From: a cyanobacterium endosymbiont of Braarudosphaera bigelowii
GTDB taxonomy: Bacteria; Cyanobacteriota; Cyanobacteriia; Cyanobacteriales; Microcystaceae
Assembly (NCBI RefSeq): GCF_020885515.1
Contig: NZ_AP024987.1
Coordinates: forward strand, 30,001-62,000
Direction: 5' to 3'
DNA: 32,000 bases
The notes under the pieces: model-generated
What the model saw: the letters and a program-made list of their open reading frames with translations, nothing else
The model's database searches: none
Told to the model about the DNA's origin: nothing
Program-made: the position numbers and the translations under genes
In this document: piece after piece, positions 11,367 through 22,097 of the stretch
Numbering within the stretch: position 1 is the stretch's first letter
How the letters are laid out: every line of letters starts with the position of its first letter

Positions 11367-11411
11367 GCGATCTATAAGAAAAAATATTATTTAGGTTTTT
11401 TAGTAGATCGC
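11367..11411. terminator. Weak bidirectional terminator candidate between convergent small genes
   Basis: GCGATCTA (11367-11374)/TAGATCGC (11404-11411) enclosing an A6/T6 pairing. Confidence 0.45.
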
Positions 11412-11430
11412 GTACTTAATAATTATTGAT

Positions 11431-11703
11431 CTAATCTTTTGTATCTATCAAAGAGAAAAATCCAGGAGCTTTGCCATTTGCAGTATTACTATCTTTTTGA
11501 GAAATAATTACTGCTCCAACATGATCGCTCATAACTGCAACTTTCTTTTCAGTTTGTTTTTCACAAGTAAGTTCGATTAGTTGAGGGGAAGATTTCATTG
11601 CAGCAACAATTTCCTGATATAAAATTTCTGCATCTGCAACTTCTTTTCTGTGTACAGAAATTGGAATAGGTGTGTACTTTAAGGCTAGATCAATACTAAT
11701 CAT
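11431..11703 (-). CDS. Small conserved-looking cyanobacterial hypothetical protein (90 aa)
   Basis: MISIDLALKYTPIPISVHRKEVADAEILYQEIVAAMKSSPQLIELTCEKQTEKKVAVMSDHVGAVIISQ...GKAPGFFSLIDTKD. ATG at 11703 is preceded by an AAGGAG-like Shine-Dalgarno (gaaaggagtatttATG), which favours it over the tracked start at 11718. Confidence 0.7.
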   Translation of the reverse strand: MISIDLALKYTPIPISVHRKEVADAEILYQEIVAAMKSSPQLIELTCEKQTEKKVAVMSDHVGAVIISQKDSNTANGKAPGFFSLIDTKD

Positions 11704-12030
11704 AAATACTCCTTTCAATATATACTATGAAAAAATTATTAGTCAAAATTTTCGAACGTCCTAAATATAAGAAATATCTAGATAATTATTATTATCGTTG
11801 ACTTAATATATTAGGGTATATGTTTTACCTAAGAGTTACATATAAATTTTTTATATCAATATGAACAGATAAGAGAATAGGTGTTCTGATGTTCAGTCAT
11901 ATACATATAATAATTATAGATTAATAATTACTTGTTTTGTTTAATGTTGATTTTACTACTTCAAATATTAAAAAACGTTATATCATTCATTTAGTTCCTA
12001 AAATATAATATTAAAATTATTTAACATACT

Positions 12031-12693
12031 GTGCTATATAAACGTCACAATCGTCTAAAAGAAGTTTTAAAAAAACGTCAGCCTCATTTAACCGTTTTAA
12101 TGGAAGATATTCACAAGCCTCATAATTTATCAGCAATTATTCGTACTTGTGATGCAGTAGGCATATTAGATATTCATGTTGTTAATAAAAACGGAAACTA
12201 TCCTACATTTAGTAAAATTTCTCAAGGTAGTGATAAATGGGTATTTATAACATCGTATAACAATATTAATGATGCGATAAATACTCTAAAACATAGACAA
12301 TTTAAAATTTATGCAGCTCATTTTAGTAATATTGCAATTGATTATAGAAATGTAAACTATACAGAACCTATAGCTATTTTACTAGGTGCAGAAAAATGGG
12401 GAGTAAGCAAAGAAGCATCCCAATTAGTTGATGGACATATAACCATTCCTATGTTAGGCATGGTTCAATCTTTGAATGTTTCTGTTGCTGCTGCAGTGAT
12501 TTTATTTGAAGCTCAACGCCAAAGATTAGAGGCGAAAATGTACACTAAAATACAACTATCACCTAAAACTTATAGTAAAATCTTATTCGAATGGAGTTAT
12601 CCAAATATTTCAGAACTATATAAAAAAAATGGAAGACAATATCCAGCTTTAGAAGAAAATGGACAAATACTTGAAGGTAATGTATTAATCTAA
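12031..12693 (+). CDS. trmH: tRNA (guanosine-2'-O-)-methyltransferase TrmH (SpoU family, GTG start)
   Basis: Motif 1 PHNLSAIIRTCDAVGI, motif 2 PIAILLGAEKWGVSKEA, motif 3 IPMLGMVQSLNVSVAAAVILFEAQRQR. Confidence 0.93.
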   Translation: MLYKRHNRLKEVLKKRQPHLTVLMEDIHKPHNLSAIIRTCDAVGILDIHVVNKNGNYPTFSKISQGSDKWVFITSYNNINDAINTLKHRQFKIYAAHFSNIAIDYRNVNYTEPIAILLGAEKWGVSKEASQLVDGHITIPMLGMVQSLNVSVAAAVILFEAQRQRLEAKMYTKIQLSPKTYSKILFEWSYPNISELYKKNGRQYPALEENGQILEGNVLI

Positions 12694-12787
12694 AAATATT
12701 TAGTGATTAACGGGAAATATACATTAGATTTAAAGATATTTGATTACAAATAATAATCCCAGTTCAAACATTTTCAATTACATAACT

Positions 12788-14029
12788 ATGGTTAGCATAA
12801 ACGAAAATTACCTTAAGCTTAAAGCAGGATATCTTTTTCCTGAAATAACTAAAAGAGTCAATACTTTCTTAGTCGCTAATTCTAATACTGAGTTAATTAA
12901 GCTTGGTATTGGAGATGTGACTGAACCTCTTCCAGAAGCTTGTATAAAAGCTATGAAAAACGCTGTAGAAGATATGGGAGATCATAGTAAATTCAAAGGT
13001 TACGGTCCAGAGCAAGGTTATCAATGGCTAAGAGAAAAAATTGCATACTATGATTTTCAATTAAGAGGTTGTGATATTGATGCCTCAGAAATATTTATAT
13101 CAGATGGATCAAAATGTGATACAGGAAATATTCTTGATATATTTGGTAAAAATAATAAGATTGCAATTACAGATCCTGTATATCCAGTCTATGTAGACAC
13201 AAATGTAATGGCCGGTAATACAGGTCCCATAAATGTAGAAAATAATAGATATGATGATCTTATTTACCTTCCTATTAAAGCAGAGAATAACTTTGTTGCT
13301 AATATCCCTGATGTTAAGGTAGATCTGATTTATCTTTGTTTTCCGAATAATCCAACTGGCGCTGTTGCTAATAAAGAATATTTAAAATCTTGGGTTGATT
13401 ATGCACAAGCTAATAATTCAATCATTCTTTTTGATGCAGCATATGAAGCTTTTATTACAGAAGAGACTATTCCACATTCTATCTACGAGATAGAAGGGGC
13501 TAAAAATTGCGCTATAGAATTTCGTTCATTTTCTAAGAATGCTGGTTTTACAGGAACTCGTTGCGCATTTACTGTAGTACCAAAAACTTTGATCGCCAAT
13601 ACAGCAAATGGTTCTACAGTAGAACTTTGGAAAATGTGGAATCGTCGTCAATCTACTAAATTCAATGGTGTATCTTATATTATTCAAAGAGGAGCAGAAG
13701 CTGTTTATTCTGAAGAAGGAAAAATACAAGTTAATAATTTAGTAAAATTTTATCTTGAAAATGCAAGAATAATACGTAAACAGTTAAACACCACAAAATT
13801 AGACAAAGTCTATGGAGGTATTAACTCACCTTACATATGGTTAAAAACTCCAGAAAATATCTCTAGCTGGGAGTTTTTTGATGAACTGTTACGAACAGTA
13901 AATATTGTAGGAACTCCAGGATCTGGATTTGGCTCCTCAGGAGAGGGTTATTTCCGTATTTCGGCTTTTAATAGTAGGGAAAATGTTGAAGAGGCGATGA
14001 AACGTATAAAGAAACACTATAAAGTTTAA
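12788..14029 (+). CDS. dapL: LL-diaminopimelate aminotransferase
   Basis: [62 protein letters not shown] Lys region [35 protein letters not shown] at 12788 preferred to the tracked 12740 start. Confidence 0.95.
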   Translation: MVSINENYLKLKAGYLFPEITKRVNTFLVANSNTELIKLGIGDVTEPLPEACIKAMKNAVEDMGDHSKFKGYGPEQGYQWLREKIAYYDFQLRGCDIDASEIFISDGSKCDTGNILDIFGKNNKIAITDPVYPVYVDTNVMAGNTGPINVENNRYDDLIYLPIKAENNFVANIPDVKVDLIYLCFPNNPTGAVANKEYLKSWVDYAQANNSIILFDAAYEAFITEETIPHSIYEIEGAKNCAIEFRSFSKNAGFTGTRCAFTVVPKTLIANTANGSTVELWKMWNRRQSTKFNGVSYIIQRGAEAVYSEEGKIQVNNLVKFYLENARIIRKQLNTTKLDKVYGGINSPYIWLKTPENISSWEFFDELLRTVNIVGTPGSGFGSSGEGYFRISAFNSRENVEEAMKRIKKHYKV

Positions 14030-14061
14030 TTTTCAAACAAATCATATTAAGTTAAGTTACC

Positions 14062-14847
14062 TTATACTTTAAATAAGACTCGATACTTAATATAGATTCC
14101 TACCAGAATTGTCAAAAATATGCAGACAAAGCCTAGACCTAGATAATTAGGAGTCCAAAAAACCGTCTCAATCCTATTTATTTTTCCTGCTTCAAGTTTC
14201 CAGCTAATTCGTTGTTTTTCTTTGTCAAAGTTTTCGTTAAATTTATTATTTTTATGAATATTTTTAATATGCCAAGGAGTACTTAATGTAAATTCTAAAT
14301 CTAACAACGAATCTGGTCTAATCAATTTATTCCCTTTCTTAGAAAATATTTCTAAGTCGCGTAAATCAATTTCAATACTTAGGTTATTGTATTCTGCTAA
14401 TAACAAATTATGTTGTTGAATTGACATTTTTGTTTCTAAATGAGCCTTATTAAGGTCTTCACTTTCGATACCAGAAGTTACAAAGGACCTGCTAGGATTG
14501 AAAAATAAATTAAATTTTTCTACTAGATCAGTACTGCTATAAAAAGGGATAGTAAATAATAATTCATTTTCAGAAAGCTTTTTTACTTTTCCTTTTAATT
14601 TCTTTGTACGATCTTCTAAGCTATTTAACCATTTATTTATCTCAACTGGGCTAAACTTAGATAATTGTTCTGTTACGCTTACATGTTGAACAATTTCTCC
14701 ATGATGTTGACTGTAAAAGTTAACTCCAATATCATAATGAACACACCCCGAGAGAAAGATTAATAAACTAAATATGAGACAAAAAAATATAGATTTCATG
14801 TTTTTCACTTTATCTGTCTGTTTATGCGTTTTATTGCAAGAATTCAT
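14062..14847 (-). CDS. DUF3153-like membrane-anchored lipoprotein
   Basis: Lipobox-like LLIFLSGC, YDIGVNFYSQHHGEIVQHVSVTEQL, single C-terminal TM (LGLGFVCIFLTILVGIYI); resembles a conserved cyanobacterial family. Confidence 0.7.
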   Translation of the reverse strand: MNSCNKTHKQTDKVKNMKSIFFCLIFSLLIFLSGCVHYDIGVNFYSQHHGEIVQHVSVTEQLSKFSPVEINKWLNSLEDRTKKLKGKVKKLSENELLFTIPFYSSTDLVEKFNLFFNPSRSFVTSGIESEDLNKAHLETKMSIQQHNLLLAEYNNLSIEIDLRDLEIFSKKGNKLIRPDSLLDLEFTLSTPWHIKNIHKNNKFNENFDKEKQRISWKLEAGKINRIETVFWTPNYLGLGFVCIFLTILVGIYIKYRVLFKV

Positions 14848-14880
14848 ATTTATTTACTCCTCCTAAAGTATTGATTATTA

Positions 14881-17133
14881 TTAATCTTCATCCCAATCAT
14901 TGTCATTTGCAGAGCTTCCTCCTCCAACAGTAACCAAGTCAATTTGTTGTCGATAATAATCAACACTTTTTACTTCGACTTCAACCTCATCACCTAAGCG
15001 ATAAGCTATATGATTTTTACGGCCTACTAGACATCCATGACGGGAACGGTATTCGTACCAATCGTCTTTGAGAGAACTAACATGAACTAATCCTTCTACC
15101 AATAAATGTTCAATTTCAACAAAGAATCCATAAGATTGAACACCTGTAATCAGTCCCTGAAATACTTTTCCTGTTTGTTTTTTCATTTTCTCTGCTTTTT
15201 TTAATCCCTCAAGATCTTTTTCTGCATCTTCAGCAGTTTTTTCTTGATCATTAAGATGACTGACTAGAAAACGAAAATCTTCTTCTAATTCTTCCTGAAT
15301 GGTTGGAGGTAAAACATTCCACGTAATATTACCATGACACTTACTACTATAAAGATCGACCCCAATTTTTGTTTGCTTAGTTCTACGATCTCTACCCTCA
15401 CTAAAGACCAACTTTAGTATTCTTTGAATTAATAAGTCAACATATCGTTTACCTGGAGATATACAATGACTATAAGAGTCATTATATGCCAAACCAAAAT
15501 GAGGACCTGGATTACTATTATATCTGGAAGATTTTAGAGTTCCATGGAGTAAATAGTTAAGAACATTAACATGGGAAGATTTGTTTAGTAATTGAGTTAG
15601 ATTATAGTAATCTTGTGGAATAATTTCTTCATCATATTGAAGATTAAATTCAATACCTAGATTTTGAACCAACTTTAGTAAATCTTCTAACTCTTCCCAA
15701 TCAGGTTCTGGTTGAGTGCAATAAATTCCTGGTATTCCTAATGCATTAATATGAGTAGCTACAACTTTATTTGTTAAGATTAATAGTTCAGTTAATAAAG
15801 AACGAATAGGCGTTTTAGATGAAGCCATAATAGTTCCAACTCTATTTTCATCTTGGTAAGGTAATTTAGGCTCTAGCTGCAGCTCAAATCCTCCTCTTTG
15901 TAGTCTTTGGGCTTTAATTAAAGGACTCACAGTAAAAAATAAGTTTTGAAGTTTTTCAATTAAACTTTTTTGTTTATCATGAACTTTATTTGGATCTGCC
16001 AAAAGCTCTTGTGTCTTCTGATATGTTAGCTGATGATCAATATTAATAATTGTAGGTTTAATTGAAAATTCTAACAGTTGACCACTTCTATCAAAAGTCA
16101 TAATTACTGAAACTGTAAGAGAATCTTTATTTAGTTTCAGAGAATAATTTTCTATTATGAGTTCTGGTAACATAGGTAAAACTTTTTCACCTAGATAGAA
16201 TGTTGTACCACGTTTCTTAGCTATTTTATCAAGAGAGGACCCTGGTTGAATATAATGAGCTATGTCTACAATATGAACTCCTAATTGCAAGTGATTATCT
16301 TCTGTTTCCTCTAAAGTAAAAGCAGTTTCAATAAAAGGAGGGCAATCTCTAATTATATCTTCAGTAAAAGTAAAAGATGTAATATTTCTCCAGTCAGAAC
16401 GTTTTTCTAACTCTTCGTTTGCAATTTTCTTAGGTAATTGCTCGGCTAGTTTTAATTCATCTTCTGTAAAATTTTGTGGTAAATCATGTTTACAGCAAAC
16501 AATATCAGTATCTGCTGCTGCTTCCGCATCGCTACCTAAAACACGAGTGACCTTCCCAACAGGAGGATGTTCTCCAATAGGATAACGAACTACAGAAACA
16601 TGGACTAGGTGATCTACTGCTTTTTCTAAGTTATTTCCTTCTTCTGCAAGTGATAATTCAAATAGTAAGCGATCATCCAAGGGAATAGCATGATAGTTTT
16701 CATTATCTTTTTTAACTTGAGCTAATAAAGATGGGTTAGAACGTTCTAAGATAAGCTTTACTTCACCTTCTGGTGAGCGCCGACGAGTTCCTTCTTTGAT
16801 AATCTTTACTAGTACTCGATCTCCATTCCAAGCGTTACTTAAATGAGCTTCTCTTACATAGATATCTTCTTCATCTTCATCATCTTGAATTGCAAAACAA
16901 AATCCTTTACTCGAACAACGTAATTTAGCTTGAACAAGATTGTCTTCCAAAATACGACGATATTTACCTCGTTCTTTTTCTAAAATACCTATCAGTTCTA
17001 AGGTGTCAAGTATAGCTTGTAGCTGTTGTATACTTTTGTTATCTTCACACCCTAATTTTTTTTCCAAATGTTTGGCCGCCACCAATTTGTTATCACTGAA
17101 GTAGGATAAAAGTGTAGCGATTGAAAATTCCAT
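14881..17133 (-). CDS. rnr: Exoribonuclease RNase II / RNase R (VacB) family
   Basis: 750 aa; CSD-like N-terminus, RNB domain (DIVCCKHDLPQNFTEDELKLAEQLP, LGVHIVDIAHYIQPGSSLDKIAKKRGTTFYL, MLPELIIENYSLKLNKD), C-terminal S1 domain (GKVFQGLITGVQSYGFFVEI). Confidence 0.92.
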   Translation of the reverse strand: MEFSIATLLSYFSDNKLVAAKHLEKKLGCEDNKSIQQLQAILDTLELIGILEKERGKYRRILEDNLVQAKLRCSSKGFCFAIQDDEDEEDIYVREAHLSNAWNGDRVLVKIIKEGTRRRSPEGEVKLILERSNPSLLAQVKKDNENYHAIPLDDRLLFELSLAEEGNNLEKAVDHLVHVSVVRYPIGEHPPVGKVTRVLGSDAEAAADTDIVCCKHDLPQNFTEDELKLAEQLPKKIANEELEKRSDWRNITSFTFTEDIIRDCPPFIETAFTLEETEDNHLQLGVHIVDIAHYIQPGSSLDKIAKKRGTTFYLGEKVLPMLPELIIENYSLKLNKDSLTVSVIMTFDRSGQLLEFSIKPTIINIDHQLTYQKTQELLADPNKVHDKQKSLIEKLQNLFFTVSPLIKAQRLQRGGFELQLEPKLPYQDENRVGTIMASSKTPIRSLLTELLILTNKVVATHINALGIPGIYCTQPEPDWEELEDLLKLVQNLGIEFNLQYDEEIIPQDYYNLTQLLNKSSHVNVLNYLLHGTLKSSRYNSNPGPHFGLAYNDSYSHCISPGKRYVDLLIQRILKLVFSEGRDRRTKQTKIGVDLYSSKCHGNITWNVLPPTIQEELEEDFRFLVSHLNDQEKTAEDAEKDLEGLKKAEKMKKQTGKVFQGLITGVQSYGFFVEIEHLLVEGLVHVSSLKDDWYEYRSRHGCLVGRKNHIAYRLGDEVEVEVKSVDYYRQQIDLVTVGGGSSANDNDWDED

Positions 17134-18110
17134 CTATAATAGTCCTTTCTAAAATGTTAAGTGAATCTAAATTAATCTAAAAAAATGAAATGATAAACAT
17201 TAAATCTAATAGTGAATAAGTATTTTGCTTAAAAACATATTCTAGTTCTAGAGATAGCTGTTTAAGCATTAAGGTCACTTTTTCTTCTATAGATTATAAA
17301 ATTGCCTTAGAAAACTGTTGATGTTGTGTTGGAGAAATATGTTTCTAAAGCAGACAAGAAATTTATTTTCATAAAGAATAGCTCTTGTTCGAAACTAAGT
17401 TTATTGAAAATTAGAAAAATTAATTAGTTAATTTACTTTTCTATATAAATATATCCGGTTTACTATTCTAACAATAGAAGTGACATTCTGAGCTCAGAAG
17501 TAAGAAAAATAAAATAGTTATTGATCACAAAGTAGTATATAACTATAAATATTTTTAGATAATTTTTTGAGTCAAAATTTCACATTATTAAAACAAAAAG
17601 TCAGTGACTGATGACTAGGAAGAGTACTATCATCTGATATATTTAGAACTCTATTATAATCAATAACAAGGTTTCTATCAAATCTTGTCTAAATATATAA
17701 ACATAGTGAAGTTCAATATTTTTTTATTAATTCAATAAAAAATCTATCATAAATAGTAAAATGTAATTTATAAATAATGCTATTTATAGTAACAATTTTT
17801 CTCTATAAAAAACTTAGAACTGTATATATATAAAGTCAAAAATTAACGTGAATTTTTTAATTTCATGCTTAGATCATTGTTATAATAACTATTATATTTG
17901 TCTTAGTTGTTTCAAACTTTATAAAATTGTTATGTATCTGCTAAGTATTCTAAAAAATTAGATTTAGTTTTTTATTTATAGTTGCTATATCGCTAAGCTT
18001 TTATGATTTCAAGCAATTTACTAATTTGATTCTTTTTACATATACAAATCTATTTAAATTGAATATTATCAATAGCGCCATTACTAATTAATCAAGTTCA
18101 CATTATATTT

Positions 18111-18153
18111 TTTAAAAGTTGATATTTAACTATGTTAAATATCAACTTTTAAA
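18111..18153. terminator. Hairpin downstream of tilS (minus strand); terminator or processing stem
   Basis: 20-bp perfect inverted repeat TTTAAAAGTTGATATTTAAC (18111-18130) / GTTAAATATCAACTTTTAAA (18134-18153), 3-nt loop, 47 nt past the tilS stop. Confidence 0.65.
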
Positions 18154-18200
18154 TTTACATAAAATAAAAAAGAGCTCCAATTATTATTTATAGGCTAAGA

Positions 18201-19199
18201 TTATTTTTTGATAATGTAATCACCATGAACTTCCAAAACAAATTTAATAGAAAACGAAGACGTTTGTGAACCATGAGGAGAATTGATTAGTTTTATTCCC
18301 TCTTCTATTTGCTCAAAATTTGGAGCTCGTAAATTGTTGTATTGTAGAAACATGCGAATAACTCTTCTTTGTAAAGCTAAAGGTATCCGTTTCAATAACT
18401 TTTTTTTGAGCTGCGTTTTTTCTTCATTTGTAACTAATTTTAGAATTTTCTGCGCTTCTTTTTCTAAATAATCAGATTCTGCTTTTAAAACTTTAGCTGT
18501 TTGGTACAAAGTTTTTTCGACTTGAGGATTAAAATTTAACTTTAAATAAGGTACTAGTTGTTTACGAATCCTGTTACGCACATAGTTAAAGTTGGTGTTA
18601 ACTTCATCTTCCCAAACCGGTAAGTTAAATTGTTTACAAAAAAATAGTGTTTCAGCACGAGAAATATTTAATAGAGGCCGTACTAAGTTAATTGAGTCTA
18701 CTAAAGTACGTGTCCATGTTAATACACTTAAACCATGACTTCCTGCACCTCTAATTAAATTGTATATTACTGTTTCAGCTAAATCACTTGAAGTATGACC
18801 TGTAACTATTTCGCTAAAATTATTTTCTTTTGCAATTTCCAGCAATGCTTTATAGCGCCATTCCCTCGCTACTGATTCAGTAATTTTTAATATTCGTGTC
18901 TGTTTTAAATAAAAATCAATGTTCCAATCTTTAGATATCCTTTTAACATGATCTGAAATACCTATATCGGAAGGCCAACCATGATCACAATGAGCAATAG
19001 CAATTTCCCAGTCCCACTTTAGTCGGAGATCCATGATTATTTTAAGCAAGCAGAGTGAATCTTGTCCTCCTGATACTGCAACCAATATACGTTTTCCAGG
19101 AGGAAGAATTAAGTTGTTTTGAAGGGTTTTATGTACTTTTGTATGAAGTAATGTCCACATTAAGTGTTCTGTACTCTGCTGAATAAATATATAGAACAA
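18201..19199 (-). CDS. tilS: tRNA(Ile)-lysidine synthase
   Basis: PP-loop ILVAVSGGQDSLCLLKIIMDL, AHCDHGWPSD, VTGHTSSDLAETVIYNLIRGAGSHGLSVLTW, RNRIRKQLVPYL. Confidence 0.96.
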   Translation of the reverse strand: MFYIFIQQSTEHLMWTLLHTKVHKTLQNNLILPPGKRILVAVSGGQDSLCLLKIIMDLRLKWDWEIAIAHCDHGWPSDIGISDHVKRISKDWNIDFYLKQTRILKITESVAREWRYKALLEIAKENNFSEIVTGHTSSDLAETVIYNLIRGAGSHGLSVLTWTRTLVDSINLVRPLLNISRAETLFFCKQFNLPVWEDEVNTNFNYVRNRIRKQLVPYLKLNFNPQVEKTLYQTAKVLKAESDYLEKEAQKILKLVTNEEKTQLKKKLLKRIPLALQRRVIRMFLQYNNLRAPNFEQIEEGIKLINSPHGSQTSSFSIKFVLEVHGDYIIKK

Positions 19200-19300
19200 A
19201 CATAAAAATTATTCGATAATAATTTTCGATATTAGAAATCATACAAAATTAGCTTTTTAGACAAAAAAGATGACACCATTTCTTTAGCCAAAACTTTGTC

Positions 19301-20266
19301 CTATAAAAACCAACCATAAGAATGTAAACCATTCCCTAAAAGATTTACTCCTAGATAGCATACCCAAACCGCTATAAATCCTCCCGCTGCAAGAATTGCA
19401 GGCCTCCTGCCTTGCCAATCTTTAGTGATTCTAGCATGTAAATAAGCAGCAAATACTAGCCAAGTGATCAAAGCCCAAGTTTCTTTTGGATCCCAACTCC
19501 AATAAGAACCCCAAGCTTCATTAGCCCATACAGCTCCAGCAATTATGCCAATAGTTAATAGTGGAAAACCTAGACCGATGATTCGATAGCTAAGATTATC
19601 CAATTTATCTGCTAAGTTAAGATGTTGAGGGGAAAGGTTATTTTTTGTTATAAATGCATCATTCGTATTTAAAAGGATTTCTTTTTCATGATTTTTGGGA
19701 AATTCCTTTAACGAACTATTTCGGTAGCTTCCTGTTCCAACAGAACTGCCACGAAGACTAATATCTTGATCTCTAGTAATAATTAAAAAAGCAATAGCCA
19801 TGACGGAACCTACCATCAAAGCAGAGTAACTCAACATCATAACACTGACATGCATCATCAACCAATTCGACTTAAGAGCAGGGACGAGAGGAGATGAAAC
19901 CCTCATATCTGAAGGTAGAGATATTGTGGCAAAAGCAGTAATTGCCATAGCTATAGGTGTTGTAACAGCTCCTATTAAAGATATACCAACCATTGATTCA
20001 ACTATTAAATAAGTAGTTGTAATACCCCAAGCTAAGAAAAATAGTGATTCATACAAATTACTCAAGGGGAAATACCCTCCTTCTAGCCACCTTGCTCCCA
20101 ATAAAGTTGCTATTAATAAATTTGCTATTATTCCTCCAGTAGTTCCTAAAGTAGGAAACCATGTCAAACTAGGAAAAGCTGTTCCTATCCAGTAAATTAG
20201 CATTGTTAGTAACAAAACAAAAAACGATGCATTATCTAAAAAATTTTCTAGGATTACTAAGTCCAT
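19301..20266 (-). CDS. ccsB: Cytochrome c biogenesis protein CcsB (CcsA/Ycf5 family)
   Basis: Multi-TM protein with the heme-handling WD motif [29 protein letters not shown] and C-terminal [13 protein letters not shown]. Confidence 0.92.
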   Translation of the reverse strand: MDLVILENFLDNASFFVLLLTMLIYWIGTAFPSLTWFPTLGTTGGIIANLLIATLLGARWLEGGYFPLSNLYESLFFLAWGITTTYLIVESMVGISLIGAVTTPIAMAITAFATISLPSDMRVSSPLVPALKSNWLMMHVSVMMLSYSALMVGSVMAIAFLIITRDQDISLRGSSVGTGSYRNSSLKEFPKNHEKEILLNTNDAFITKNNLSPQHLNLADKLDNLSYRIIGLGFPLLTIGIIAGAVWANEAWGSYWSWDPKETWALITWLVFAAYLHARITKDWQGRRPAILAAGGFIAVWVCYLGVNLLGNGLHSYGWFL

Positions 20267-20745
20267 AAACTATTTAATCTCCAACATCTTACTAGCTTAT
20301 TTTCCTATTTTATTGTAGATTATCAATATTTTTCTATATGGCAAAAATCTCAAGTTATTCAGCTAAATATTAATATAATTATTGATTTATACTTCCATCT
20401 TAATACATAAAACTTTAACTGAATCAATAAGAGTTTATTATTTTTTGTTTTCCTAAGACTAATGCATATGAGATATCAACATGTATTTTTTTAGACCTCA
20501 TTATAAAATTTTCTATTACCAATTATTAGTACTGGTTAAATTTTAAATCATCTAGATATGAAAAAAGCGATGTTAACACTCTTATATTTTTAAATAACTT
20601 TTAAAATATAGATTCAATCTTTTTTTAAGAATAATTTTTATCCTAAAATATAATTTGCTAGGTATTAATGTTGTCAAAAATATTGGATTTTTTAGCTTTT
20701 ATGCAAAAGTAGTATTATAGATAGTAGTCTAGAAGTGCTAAATTA

Positions 20746-21801
20746 ATGATCATCAAACGTAGCAAAAAGTCTCAGAACAGACCTGATGATACTTCTTTGA
20801 AAGAACATAAAAGAGATCCGGTAGACATTCAAAAAAAAGAAAAAGATTACTTTATAAATGATATTCGCCCAGGTTCTTTTAAAGAGTATGTTGGGCAAAA
20901 AGATTTAAAAAAGATATTAGATATTGTTATTAAAGCCGCTAAATTACGAAATGAGCCAATCGATCATTTACTTTTATATGGACCGCCTGGACTGGGTAAG
21001 ACAACTATATCTTTGATATTAGCATCAGAAATGGGAGTTGATTGCAAGATAACTTCTGCACCGTCTTTAGAAAAGCCAAAAGATATAATCGGACTTTTAG
21101 TAAAACTGAAGCCTGGAGATGTTTTATTTCTTGACGAAATTCATCGGCTCAACCATTTAGCTGAAGAATTATTGTATCTAGCAATGGAAGATTATCGTCT
21201 TGATATTACAATTGGCAAAGGACAATCAACCAAGATAAGTAGTATCTCATTGCCAAAATTTACACTAATAGGAGCTACTACAAAAATTGGCAATGTATCT
21301 TTTCCTTTACGGGATCGTTTTGGACTGGTACAGCGTCTAAAATATTATGAGTATCATGAGTTGATTTTGATTATTAAGCGTAGTGCCATAGTTTTGCAAA
21401 CTTCTATTACTCATGAGGGAGCAATTGAAATTGCTATTCGTTCTAGAGGAACTCCTAGAATTGCTAACCGATTATTAAGAAGAATTCGTGATTATATACA
21501 AGTTAAACGAATGAATCTTATTACTAAAGATTTAGCTATAGAAGCTTTAGACCTATATAAAATAGACTCCAAAGGATTAAATTGGACTGATCATTTGATC
21601 TTAGAAACTATGATCTTTCAATTTAATGGAGGCCCTGTTGGTTTAGAAGCCATTGCAGCATCTACTGGAGAAGATATCAAAACTATTGAACAGGTTTATG
21701 AACCATATTTACTACAAATTGGCTATGTAAACCGTACACCCAGGGGAAGAGTCGTTACAGAAGCAGCATATAAATATATAGAGACAATAAAGAAAGGGTA
21801 A
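20746..21801 (+). CDS. ruvB: Holliday junction branch migration ATPase RuvB
   Basis: [20 protein letters not shown], Walker [12 protein letters not shown], Walker [60 protein letters not shown]. Confidence 0.97.
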   Translation: MIIKRSKKSQNRPDDTSLKEHKRDPVDIQKKEKDYFINDIRPGSFKEYVGQKDLKKILDIVIKAAKLRNEPIDHLLLYGPPGLGKTTISLILASEMGVDCKITSAPSLEKPKDIIGLLVKLKPGDVLFLDEIHRLNHLAEELLYLAMEDYRLDITIGKGQSTKISSISLPKFTLIGATTKIGNVSFPLRDRFGLVQRLKYYEYHELILIIKRSAIVLQTSITHEGAIEIAIRSRGTPRIANRLLRRIRDYIQVKRMNLITKDLAIEALDLYKIDSKGLNWTDHLILETMIFQFNGGPVGLEAIAASTGEDIKTIEQVYEPYLLQIGYVNRTPRGRVVTEAAYKYIETIKKG

Positions 21802-21906
21802 ATATTTACAAAAAAGTTATGTTTTAATTAGTATTTACTATTTCATTCCGGTTGAAAAATAGTTCTACAGTTTATCAATCGCCTCTTTCAAGATTTAATT
21901 AAGTCA

Positions 21907-21944
21907 TATTATCTTTCTCTTTTATCTATAGAGGAAAGATAATA
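21907..21944. terminator. Terminator candidate between convergent ruvB and the GT9 gene
   Basis: 11-bp stem TATTATCTTTC (21907-21917) / GAAAGATAATA (21934-21944), 16-nt loop; no clear T tract. Confidence 0.4.
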
Positions 21945-22097
21945 CAACCTAGTAAAAGTGACAATCTTAAAAGATAGGAAAAGTATATTTCGTGAAATTG
22001 TTATATTGGTTTATTAAAGTTGATATTTAATCTTAATAAAATACATAGTAAGTAGTATTTACCCAAAACTTATGTCTAACCAAACAGTTTTTAACAA

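Noticed and set aside
13526-13729. 67-aa minus ORF inside dapL
   Set aside because: Shadow of the conserved PLP-binding region of DapL.
17490-17510. Possible tRNA-like CTGAGCTCAG sequence in the rnr/tilS gap
   Set aside because: No acceptor stem, no TPsiC-type GTTCRANNC sequence at proper spacing and no anticodon arm; it is only a short palindrome.
18283-18471. 62-aa plus ORF inside tilS
   Set aside because: Antisense shadow ORF, Phe/Cys-rich, no family.
19205-19226. AAAATTATT-CGAT-AATAATTTT hairpin between ccsB and tilS
   Set aside because: Only 9 bp and purely A/T in the stem; weak, and common by chance in this base composition.
22016-22030. AAAGTTGATATTTAA shared with the tilS hairpin (18115-18129), considered as a dispersed repeat
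   Set aside because: A 15-nt AT-rich match in 32 kb at this composition is expected by chance several times, and the second copy lacks the inverted partner.
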